Positions 39,559 through 47,737 of a stretch of 53,809 bases of DNA are shown here, one piece after another (within the stretch, counting starts at the first letter, position 1; every line of letters begins with the position of its first letter). The DNA comes from Marinosulfonomonas sp. (GTDB taxonomy: Bacteria > Pseudomonadota > Alphaproteobacteria > Rhodobacterales > Rhodobacteraceae). The translations under genes were made by a program, and so were the position numbers. Below the pieces are notes generated by a model, which had not been told where the DNA came from, did no database searches, and saw nothing but the letters and a program-made list of their open reading frames with translations. The DNA is taken from positions 1 through 53,809 of the forward strand of contig JAHRVC010000202.1 of the NCBI GenBank assembly GCA_019090885.1. The letters are read 5' to 3'.

Positions 39559-40518
39559 TTAATCCTGTATTGAAGCGGTTGACGAATTCCAGGGAAACCC
39601 CTTTGGGGCTCCGGCTTTCGCATAGGTGCCGTGAAGGGGTTCATCAGGCAGGTTTGTCGCAATAATCTCGCGGATCGGCAGCAGTTTTTCGACGTCGATA
39701 CCGGTGTTCAACCCGGCGCCTTCAAGCAAAAATACCAGATCTTCCATCACGATATTTCCGGTCGCATTTGGCGCGAAAGGGCAGCCACCCAGCCCGGCGA
39801 GCGAGGCATCAAAACGGCGACACCCGGCCTCAAGTGCGGCATATACATTGGCAAGGCCAAGGCCGCGTGTATCGTGGAAATGCGCACCCACCATCACGTC
39901 GTCGCCAAAGTTTTCGATCACTTTGGTAAACAGTTCCTTAACCTCGCGCGGGTTGCCGTAGCCGACGGTGTCGGCAATCACCACCTCATCCACACCGGCC
40001 TTAACGAAATTTTCGACCGATTGCAGCACTGCATTATGGGGCACATGGCCTTCGAACGAACAGCCGAAAGATGTCGCAAAACCACCGGCCAATTTGAAAC
40101 GCTTGCCCTCAGGCAGGCTGTCGCGCAGCTCGACGACGCGCTTGAATTCGGCCAAAGCCTCGGCGGTTGAACGTCTGCCGTTGGATTGCGAATGCGTCTC
40201 GGATACCGAATTCATGAAATCAATCTCATGCACGCCGATCGCCTGCGCCGTCTGCGCGCCGCGCAGATTGGGGGTTAGCGCCGACACCCAAAGCCCGTCT
40301 TGTTCAAGCGCGGCCAAGGCCACATCTGGCGCATCAGAAAACTGCGGCAGCAGTTTGGGTGGCACGAAGGAACACACCTGCATGTTGGGCATGCCAGCGG
40401 CAACTTCTTCGCGAATCCAGCGAATTTTTTCGTCCGTAGGAACGAACGTCTTGACGATCTGGATGCCATCGCGCAGCCCAACTTCGCGGCATTCGACATC
40501 TATATTTTTGTTGGACAT
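39559..40518 (-). CDS. hydroxymethylglutaryl-CoA lyase family protein
   Basis: HMGL-like motifs EVGLRDGIQ, CSFVPPKLLPQF, HFHDTRGLGLANV and AGLGGCPFAP. Confidence 0.9.
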   Translation of the reverse strand: MSNKNIDVECREVGLRDGIQIVKTFVPTDEKIRWIREEVAAGMPNMQVCSFVPPKLLPQFSDAPDVALAALEQDGLWVSALTPNLRGAQTAQAIGVHEIDFMNSVSETHSQSNGRRSTAEALAEFKRVVELRDSLPEGKRFKLAGGFATSFGCSFEGHVPHNAVLQSVENFVKAGVDEVVIADTVGYGNPREVKELFTKVIENFGDDVMVGAHFHDTRGLGLANVYAALEAGCRRFDASLAGLGGCPFAPNATGNIVMEDLVFLLEGAGLNTGIDVEKLLPIREIIATNLPDEPLHGTYAKAGAPKGFPWNSSTASIQD

Positions 40519-40524
40519 GATACC

Positions 40525-41337
40525 CTATTTACCCTTGAAGGCCGGTTTGCGCTTTTCGTTAAAGGCGCGGACACCTTCCAGACGGTCCTCGGTAGGCACC
40601 AGCCGGTTATAGGCTTCGATTTCAAAGGCATAACCGTTTTTCAGGTCAACCTGCGTGGCCACATTCATCGACTTCTTGGCCTGATAAATAGCAAGCGGTG
40701 CGTTGTTGCAGATCGTGCGCGCGGTTTCCAAGACTTCTTCCATCAGCTTGTCGTCGTCACAAACCTTGTTGACCACGCCCCACTCACACGCCTGTTCGGC
40801 CGAAAATGGTTTGCCGGTCAGAATGATTTCTTTGGCGCGGCGAACACCAACTGCGCGGGGCAGGTTTTGCGTGCCCATGCCGCCGGGCATGATACCGATT
40901 TTGATCTCAGTCAGCGCAAAACGCGCGCGCCGCGCTGCATAAGCGAAATCACAGGTCACCACGGTTTCCATACCGCCGCCATAGGCAGCCCCATTCACTG
41001 CCGCAATGATCGGTATCGGGCAATCGAGTAACGCCATGCGGCACTTTTCGAACAGCGCATGCTGCTGCTGCCACTGCTCATCGGTCATGTTGTTGCGTTC
41101 TTTAAGGTCACCGCCCGCGTTGAAAATCTTTTCGCCCGCACCGGTCAGAACGATGCAGCGGATACCCTGTTGGTCGATGTAAAGGCTTGTCCACAACTCA
41201 AACAGTTCTCGGCCCATTTGCGTGTTCGTCGAGTTGCCTGCTTTCGGTCGGTCAAACGTGACGACCAGCAGGTGATCTTCGACCTCTTCGACCTTTACGG
41301 TTTCAAATGGGAATGGGGTTTTGAATTTATTTGTCAT
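40525..41337 (-). CDS. enoyl-CoA hydratase (methylglutaconyl-CoA hydratase-like, both catalytic Glu present)
   Basis: GGGMETVVTCD and FALTEIKIGIMPGGMGTQNL, comparable to the AUH/LiuC-type motif. 270 aa. Confidence 0.9.
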   Translation of the reverse strand: MTNKFKTPFPFETVKVEEVEDHLLVVTFDRPKAGNSTNTQMGRELFELWTSLYIDQQGIRCIVLTGAGEKIFNAGGDLKERNNMTDEQWQQQHALFEKCRMALLDCPIPIIAAVNGAAYGGGMETVVTCDFAYAARRARFALTEIKIGIMPGGMGTQNLPRAVGVRRAKEIILTGKPFSAEQACEWGVVNKVCDDDKLMEEVLETARTICNNAPLAIYQAKKSMNVATQVDLKNGYAFEIEAYNRLVPTEDRLEGVRAFNEKRKPAFKGK

Positions 41338-41500
41338 CGCTCTTCACTTCGCTTGTGCGGTCCAAACTATTGGCCTGATGCCGTTGCATGCGATCCAATA
41401 CGACGTAACGCCGTCCGATTGTTTTTGTGGTTCAAAAAAAGCGGCAACATGCAATTTGGGCAAAGTTATCAGCTAGAACCGGGCAAGTCTATGTGTTTTC

Positions 41501-41516
41501 GAAACGCATTCCAAAA
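41501..41516. promoter_or_regulatory. candidate regulator-binding motif GAAACGCATTCCAAAA upstream of the hydratase-lyase-ACAD operon
   Basis: 15 of 16 positions are identical to 46665-46680. It lies in the 217-nt gap between the iclR stop and the operon start. Confidence 0.4.
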
Positions 41517-41554
41517 ACGAAACTCGTCGAAATGAACGTTGCCAGCTGTTATAC

Positions 41555-42280
41555 TCAAATTACGTCAGAATATCCGAAAATCCGTGATATTCGTTTGGTG
41601 CTCGCAACCAAATGCACTGCCAGCTCTTCGCGTCGTCCTGTTATCCGGGGCTCGGGCCCGGCGATCGAAATGCAGTAGGTGCACGCGCCTTTCAGGTCGT
41701 AAATCGGGGCGGCCATGCCAGCAGCACCAACAAGACGATCCCCGGCTGAACAGGCATAACCTTGCTCACGAATTTCAGCCAGTTCGCTATCAAGTGTCAC
41801 CGGCACATTCCCATTTTTGAAAATTGCGCCTACCAAATCGTCAGACTGGAACGCCATAAAGACGCGCCCGACCGCACCTGCATCCAATGAAACAACCTCT
41901 CCAACGCGAACGATGGAGCGCAACCTTGAAGGGCTTTCGACCACATCAAGCACCACCCGTTCTGTTCCTTCCAGGATGCTCAAGGAAACTGTTTCGCCGG
42001 TTAGTTCCCCCAGCAAGCGCAATTCGGATTTGGCAGCATCGCGGATGTCGAGTGTTGAGGGAATAAGGTTGGCCAGTCGAAGCACTTTGAACGAAATACA
42101 GTAACTTTGATCCTCAAGATGATTAAGGTAACCAATTTCAACGAGTGTGTTAAGCAGCCTGAATACGGTTGATTTTGGCAGGTCAAGCTTTTGGCAAATC
42201 TCGTGCAGAGTCAGGCGCTGAGCATCCGAACTGAAGCAGTCAAAAATAGCAAATGCTCTGACAACGGATCTAATTTGCAT
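41555..42280 (-). CDS. IclR family transcriptional regulator
   Basis: N-terminal wHTH LTLHEICQKLDLPKSTVFRLLNTLVEIGYL plus an IclR-type effector domain. Confidence 0.9.
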   Translation of the reverse strand: MQIRSVVRAFAIFDCFSSDAQRLTLHEICQKLDLPKSTVFRLLNTLVEIGYLNHLEDQSYCISFKVLRLANLIPSTLDIRDAAKSELRLLGELTGETVSLSILEGTERVVLDVVESPSRLRSIVRVGEVVSLDAGAVGRVFMAFQSDDLVGAIFKNGNVPVTLDSELAEIREQGYACSAGDRLVGAAGMAAPIYDLKGACTYCISIAGPEPRITGRREELAVHLVASTKRISRIFGYSDVI

Positions 42281-42321
42281 CTGTTCAGCCCCTCCCTTGA
42301 TACTCTGCGGTCAAACCATCT

Positions 42322-43539
42322 TTATGAGTTTTGAAATGACACCCTTACAGCCATTGCAGCTGCGATCAACGCTGTGACACAGAGAAACGTAAAAACATAC
42401 CGGTAGTTTCCGCTCACCTGCAAGATCACTGCTCCAATGCTCGGCCCTACCCAGGCCCCCGAGAACATAAAGCCCAATGCGCCGCCGACCGTTTCTGCAA
42501 TCTTGTCGGGATCGGCCCGGCTGGCAATATTTGCCATGACGATCCCAGACCAGCCAAAGGTGGCCATTCCAAAACAACTGAGAACGCTGAAAATCATCCA
42601 ACTTGGCCATTCTGGGTTGGCGAATGAAAACACCGCAATCACGACCGCCGTGACGATCCCCATTGTCGAGACCACTACGAGTGAATTTTTCAGAAGGTCA
42701 GCGCGCCACCCCCAGAACATCCGACTGCTGGCGCCCAGAATATTTATCAGCGACAGCGCCATGCCGCCTTCAGCCAGACTAAAGCCAACCTCTTCAGCCA
42801 AAAACAGCACCAAAAATGCCAGCACCCCGACCTGAACAGCGCTGAAGCCGAACCCTACAAAACACAACATGAACAGCGACTTGTTGGAAATTATGATCCG
42901 CACACCGGCCCACGGGGCCGAAATTGGAAAACTTCGGTCCGCTAGATCATCCCAATATGGGCGCAATCCATTTATCGCGATGGTTAAGAACAATCCCAAC
43001 GCCGCGACGGCGTAAAACGCCCCCTGCCAACCCCAAAGTATCGCGATGAACGGACCAATCAGACCGGCGACAACGGCACCGAGCGCCGTGCTGGCCTGAC
43101 GGAAGGAATAAAGGAAGTTTAAACGCTCTGGCTTGCCAAACCGGGACAAAAGCACAGACGCGGCCGGGTAGGTCATTCCATAACTGCAGCCAAGAACGAT
43201 CGAACCAAAAGTAAGAACAACAAGATTGGAAGCGGTATATAAAAGGCAGCCAGCGGCGCCTACCACTAAGGCTGCCTGCAGGACTCGGCAGGGGCCGAAG
43301 CGGCCAACATATCCACCCGATATCAGCGACGAAACGCCGCCAAAACCAAACACCAAGGTCACCTGATAGCCAATGAAAGCAGCATCAACCCCAAGGGCCT
43401 GTTTGGTGGCAATTGCCAGAGCCGGAACCATGTAACCGCCGGTCGCAACCACGGCCCCCAAAAAGGTTGTCGCAATAAGAACAAACGTAATTGCTGTGTG
43501 CCATGTTCCGCGACCAGAAACATCAGAACTATTCATCAT
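42322..43539 (-). CDS. MFS transporter
   Basis: 405 aa with about 12 TM helices and an MFS-like loop GGYVGRFGPCR. Confidence 0.85.
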   Translation of the reverse strand: MMNSSDVSGRGTWHTAITFVLIATTFLGAVVATGGYMVPALAIATKQALGVDAAFIGYQVTLVFGFGGVSSLISGGYVGRFGPCRVLQAALVVGAAGCLLYTASNLVVLTFGSIVLGCSYGMTYPAASVLLSRFGKPERLNFLYSFRQASTALGAVVAGLIGPFIAILWGWQGAFYAVAALGLFLTIAINGLRPYWDDLADRSFPISAPWAGVRIIISNKSLFMLCFVGFGFSAVQVGVLAFLVLFLAEEVGFSLAEGGMALSLINILGASSRMFWGWRADLLKNSLVVVSTMGIVTAVVIAVFSFANPEWPSWMIFSVLSCFGMATFGWSGIVMANIASRADPDKIAETVGGALGFMFSGAWVGPSIGAVILQVSGNYRYVFTFLCVTALIAAAMAVRVSFQNS

Positions 43540-43637
43540 TGAACTAATTCCCAGCGGGCATCATTCAACCGAACTATTGCGGCATCCGGGCATCGCCTAA
43601 TTGCTACCCGGACACAGTGAGCTTCAGTCATGTGACC

Positions 43638-44909
43638 TCAGAATTTATAGGGCAAATACAACGCCAGATCAGGGAAAAAGTAGAGCACAACAACTGTAAA
43701 GAGCATGATTATGATAAACGGCCAGACACCTCTGGAAACTTCCCACAGGGTAGCGTTTCCGACCGCCTGCACCACAAATAAGTTGAGCCCAACCGGCGGC
43801 GTAATCAGCGCGCATTCGACCATAATCACAAATACAATTCCGAACCAGACCGGGTCGATACCCATGGTTTGTAGTGTCGGGTAAAGCACCGGCACCATGA
43901 TCAGAAGCATGCTGAGGGACTCGATAAACAAACCCATGACTAACAGAATCGCGCACACGACAATTAGGAACATTCCGGCTTCAGTGAAATTATTTGTCAC
44001 TAGTTGGGTCACGTCCTGGGGAATTCTGTAAAGTGTGATCGCCTTAGAGAATATCTTGGCACCAGCAATTATCAGGAAGATCGTAACTGTCGTCTGCATC
44101 GCCTCGGTAGCCGCCTCGACTATCTGAGCGACCGTTATCGAACGTCTGCCGATGGTGATTATCAACGCAATGACAAAACCTACGCCTGCCGCCTCGGTCG
44201 GCGTGAACACACCAAAGTAGATGCCCAACACGATAACAGAAGCCAAAAACAAGACCGGAAACGCGCGAATAGATGCAGTCCAGCGCTCGGACCAGCTTGC
44301 GCGGGGCAGAACTTCAAGTTGGCCTTTGTTGCGTGCGTAAAATATCGAATAGACCGAGAAAAGGAATGCCAAGAATATTCCGGGGCCAACGCCTGCCATA
44401 AACAGGCTGATGATGCTTTCCTCGGTAATGACGCCGTAGATGATTAGAATGATTGATGGCGGGATCAGAATTCCCAGCGTTCCGCCAGCAGCCAAAAGAC
44501 CCAGAACAAAACTTTTCTCATATCCGCGTTTGGTCATCTCGGGGATTGCCACGGTTCCGACCGTCGCCGCCGTTGCAACCGACGATCCGGAAATTGCCGA
44601 GAACAGCGCACACGACATAATTGTTGCCACGCCCAAACCGCCCGGCCAGTGACCGACCCAGCTTTGCGCGGCTGCAAACAGATCTTTGCCGACCCCGCCC
44701 TTCAGAAGGATATTTGACATCAAAAGAAACAGGGGAACTGCGAGCAGAATGAAGTTATCAATACTCGAATACAAACCCTGCGGGATCATCACAGGATTGA
44801 AACCCTCCAGAAGTAACAGGAACAGCCCCAGGCCGCCCATCACAAAAGCGATTGGGATGCCCAGAACAAGGAAAAATAGTAGTGCGCCGAGGATTAGAAA
44901 TGCGGTCAA
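43638..44909 (-). CDS. dctM: TRAP transporter large permease
   Basis: 423 aa with DctM-like sequence. It follows dctQ with an 11-nt gap. Confidence 0.92.
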   Translation of the reverse strand: MTAFLILGALLFFLVLGIPIAFVMGGLGLFLLLLEGFNPVMIPQGLYSSIDNFILLAVPLFLLMSNILLKGGVGKDLFAAAQSWVGHWPGGLGVATIMSCALFSAISGSSVATAATVGTVAIPEMTKRGYEKSFVLGLLAAGGTLGILIPPSIILIIYGVITEESIISLFMAGVGPGIFLAFLFSVYSIFYARNKGQLEVLPRASWSERWTASIRAFPVLFLASVIVLGIYFGVFTPTEAAGVGFVIALIITIGRRSITVAQIVEAATEAMQTTVTIFLIIAGAKIFSKAITLYRIPQDVTQLVTNNFTEAGMFLIVVCAILLVMGLFIESLSMLLIMVPVLYPTLQTMGIDPVWFGIVFVIMVECALITPPVGLNLFVVQAVGNATLWEVSRGVWPFIIIMLFTVVVLYFFPDLALYLPYKF

Positions 44910-44920
44910 CTTATTGTTCC

Positions 44921-45430
44921 TTAGATAGACAAATCTGGGGTGTGTTCGCCAAGGTCGCCTTCGTTGCGGATCTGGCGCCAGATTTGTGCCAGCGCCTGAA
45001 GGATCAGGATGAAAAACCCGATAGGAATTGCGGATTCGGTCCAGAATTTGGGAACTTGGTTCATCGTCGCCGTGGCGCGCCCAACTTCGATGCTTTCAAG
45101 GACCACCTCGATGCCAAGCCAAAATGCAAAACAGCAGAATACCAGAATCCAGACCAGCGACAGGATTTCCAGATACCTGCGACCAGTGGCCCCGATCATT
45201 TCAGTCAAGACCGTAATTCGGATTAATCCGTTGCGGCGCAGAACATAGCCCATTGCAAGGTAGGTCGCCCATAATTGCAGCAACCGCGCGCCTTCTTCGG
45301 CCCATGTTGTGGGGGCAAAAAACACATAGCGTGCGACCACCTCATACGAGATCATCAAACCGATAATGAAAAACAAACCAGTCGCAATCTGGCCGAATTT
45401 CTCGGAAATACCGTCAATGAATCGAAGCAT
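44921..45430 (-). CDS. dctQ: TRAP transporter small permease
   Basis: 169 aa with 4 TM helices, positioned between dctP and dctM. Confidence 0.85.
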   Translation of the reverse strand: MLRFIDGISEKFGQIATGLFFIIGLMISYEVVARYVFFAPTTWAEEGARLLQLWATYLAMGYVLRRNGLIRITVLTEMIGATGRRYLEILSLVWILVFCCFAFWLGIEVVLESIEVGRATATMNQVPKFWTESAIPIGFFILILQALAQIWRQIRNEGDLGEHTPDLSI

Positions 45431-45466
45431 CAGACACCAGAAGATTATTTGAATTTACTAGATGGA

Positions 45467-45497
45467 AGTCTGGCGGATCGATATGATCCGCCAGACT
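45467..45497 (-). other. intercistronic hairpin between dctP and dctQ
   Basis: Perfect 12-13-bp stem (A)GTCTGGCGGATC/GATCCGCCAGAC(T) with a 5-nt loop, about 25 nt after the dctP stop. Confidence 0.55.
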
Positions 45498-45521
45498 GAT
45501 GTTATATTCTCGAAAGCTGAA

Positions 45522-46526
45522 CTACTTAGCGATTGCTGCAATAACTTTCTGACCAAGCTCACCAGAGCTGGCAAGATACGCGTCAACCACTGGCTGCGCG
45601 GCGGCTTTCCATGCAGCACGGTTTTCATCGGTCATCTCGATTACTTCTTTACCATATGTTAGCGTATCCGCTGCGGCATCGGTTTCGACCTGTGCGATCG
45701 AAGCGCGCAGATTTGCCTCTGAGATTTGACCACATTCGGTCATTGTAGCCTGCTCATCGCCAGACAATGTGCCCCAGACTTTGTCGTTGATCAGCATCAG
45801 GAATTCGATTTTCGCGTGCTCAGAACGGGTCACAACGTCCATGACTTCATAAAGTTTGCGCGAAATAACCGATCCGATGCCGGTCATGCCAGCGTCAACT
45901 GTTCCACGCTGATATGCGAGAAACTGTTCTGAACCAGACATCAACGTCGGTGCACCGCCAAGAGCAGTCACAAAATCACCAAGTGTTTTTCCGAACACCC
46001 GGACTTTCATGCCTTCAACGTCTGCGGGTACGCGAATTGGGTTGTCCTTCTTGGACAGGAACACGGCTGTGCCATAGTCCATCCAATAAATCGGACGCGC
46101 GCCAGTTTCAGTCAGCGCATCATCAAGCAATGTGCGCAATTCAGCACCCGGTGCCAGCATTCCGACAATCTTATCACGTGAACCCATAGCAAATGGCACA
46201 TAAAGAATCTCGATCGCAGGAATGGTTCCGGCGAAACGTGCCGTTGTGGTCATGCCCATATCAATAGCGCCGGAAGAAACCGCCTGCGGAACTTCTTTGT
46301 CACGATAAAGCTGGGCCGAGTCATAAACTTCGATAGTGATGTCTGACTTTTCACCGACACATTGCGCAAACTCAACAGCATTCAATGTTGCAAAGTTTTT
46401 AGCTGGCAGCTGTGTAGTAAACCGCAATGTGCGTTCCGCAGCCGATGCAGACACACCCATTGTAAGTGCAAGTGCGCAGGCGCCGATTGAAGTCAGCAGA
46501 CCCTTATTCAATTTCGTTGTGGACAT
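45522..46526 (-). CDS. dctP: TRAP transporter substrate-binding protein (DctP family)
   Basis: The start is set at MSTTKLNKGLL (signal peptide, GGGAGGA RBS). The ORF-track extension to 46685 is AT-rich leader. Confidence 0.9.
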   Translation of the reverse strand: MSTTKLNKGLLTSIGACALALTMGVSASAAERTLRFTTQLPAKNFATLNAVEFAQCVGEKSDITIEVYDSAQLYRDKEVPQAVSSGAIDMGMTTTARFAGTIPAIEILYVPFAMGSRDKIVGMLAPGAELRTLLDDALTETGARPIYWMDYGTAVFLSKKDNPIRVPADVEGMKVRVFGKTLGDFVTALGGAPTLMSGSEQFLAYQRGTVDAGMTGIGSVISRKLYEVMDVVTRSEHAKIEFLMLINDKVWGTLSGDEQATMTECGQISEANLRASIAQVETDAAADTLTYGKEVIEMTDENRAAWKAAAQPVVDAYLASSGELGQKVIAAIAK

Positions 46527-46663
46527 TCGTATTCCTCCCAAAAATTTCGTTGTACGGTGGGGAATGTTGGCATTGGAACAATTGTATTCGAATCCCAATG
46601 CGCCACCCCTCCCAAGTTGACACCCATCCAAATAGCATGAACAAACAAACGCGTCCACAATTA

Positions 46664-46680
46664 TGAAACGCATTTCAAAA
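46664..46680. promoter_or_regulatory. candidate IclR-type operator TGAAACGCATTTCA(AAA) in the dctP/tauD-like divergent promoter region
   Basis: Inverted repeat TGAAA-N4-TTTCA. The 16-mer GAAACGCATTTCAAAA recurs at 41501-41516 with one mismatch. Confidence 0.4.
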
Positions 46681-46883
46681 TTCAATTATTCGAACACGGA
46701 TGTGCGATATTCACGCCGCTGAACAGCCCGACCCAATACCAGTTTGACTATAAAAACCGAATGGCAGAACCAAGGTATGCCGGGTGAGCCCGCGTCAATT
46801 GGGCCAAGCCAAAACTGGCTGAATCGTGCTAGCGTTGGAATTAGCGTCGCGTTACGTCAAAAAACCGAAGGAAGGTCTGAGAA

Positions 46884-47723
46884 ATGGCAAATGATACATT
46901 CACGATAGCACCGATGTCCGGGGCAATCGGCGCGGAAATCCTTGGGATAGATTTGTCAGCGCCAATCAGCGACCAGACAATCGCCGAAATCCGCAAAGCG
47001 CAGAATGACCATCTAGTTATATTTTTCCGCGATCAGGATATCACCCCCGCACAGCATCTGGATTTCGCTCAACGATTTGGTGAGGTAGTTGAATACCCGC
47101 TGGTCAAAGGGCTTGATGATTACCCACAGATCGCACCTGTCATAAAGCTAAAGCACGAGACCGTTAATTTCGGCGGCGTCTGGCATTCGGACACGGCCTA
47201 TTTGCCTGCCCCGCCCAAAAGCACAATGCTTGTTGCGCGCGAGCTTCCGCCATTCGGCGGCGACACGTTATTTTCGAATATGTATATGGCCTATGAGACA
47301 TTGTCCGATGGCATGAAATCCCTGTTGGGCGGCTTGCTAGCGATCAATTCAACCCAGAAAGCGGATGCCTCTGCTACTAGAGAGGACCGGTTGAAGACCG
47401 GGGCAAAAGAGGGTTCGGATGATGAGATTGCTTCCGCCCATCCGGTTGTCCGCACCCATCCCGAAACGGGACGGAAGCTCCTTTATGTCAACGCCGGGCA
47501 CACGACCCGGTTTGAAAATATGACAGAAGAAGAAAGTGCGCCAATTCTCGACTACCTGTTCGCACATCAAATTCGTCCGGAATTCACCTGCCGATTCCGC
47601 TGGCAACCCGGCTCGATAGCATTTTGGGATAACCGTGCAGCACAGCACAACCCGATCAACGACTATCACGGACACCAAAGGGTTATGCACAGAATCACAC
47701 TTGCGGGCGAAGTTCCCAGCTAG
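46884..47723 (+). CDS. taurine dioxygenase-like Fe(II)/2-oxoglutarate dioxygenase (TauD/TfdA family)
   Basis: HxD facial-triad motif WHSDTAY, GGDTLF, HPVVRTHP and WDNRAAQH...MHR. It looks collinear with E. coli TauD as I remember that sequence. Confidence 0.88.
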   Translation: MANDTFTIAPMSGAIGAEILGIDLSAPISDQTIAEIRKAQNDHLVIFFRDQDITPAQHLDFAQRFGEVVEYPLVKGLDDYPQIAPVIKLKHETVNFGGVWHSDTAYLPAPPKSTMLVARELPPFGGDTLFSNMYMAYETLSDGMKSLLGGLLAINSTQKADASATREDRLKTGAKEGSDDEIASAHPVVRTHPETGRKLLYVNAGHTTRFENMTEEESAPILDYLFAHQIRPEFTCRFRWQPGSIAFWDNRAAQHNPINDYHGHQRVMHRITLAGEVPS

Positions 47724-47737
47724 GCGACTTTTGGCTT

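Noticed and set aside
36340-41337. Annotating the hydratase / HMG-CoA lyase / ACAD operon as the leucine-isovalerate (liu) pathway.
   Set aside because: No biotin-dependent methylcrotonyl-CoA carboxylase subunits occur anywhere in the window. The operon has two ACADs, an extra single-Glu crotonase and a TauE homologue. It is kept as unknown-substrate.
46586-46607. TTCGAATCC followed by ...TGCGCCACC, resembling a tRNA T-loop/acceptor fragment and therefore a possible att remnant.
   Set aside because: The flanking bases do not form a T-stem (3 of 5 pairs). There is no CCA in register, no match to the tRNA-Arg 3' end beyond 9 nt, and no integrase nearby. It is more simply read as part of an ATTCGAAT palindrome in a promoter region.
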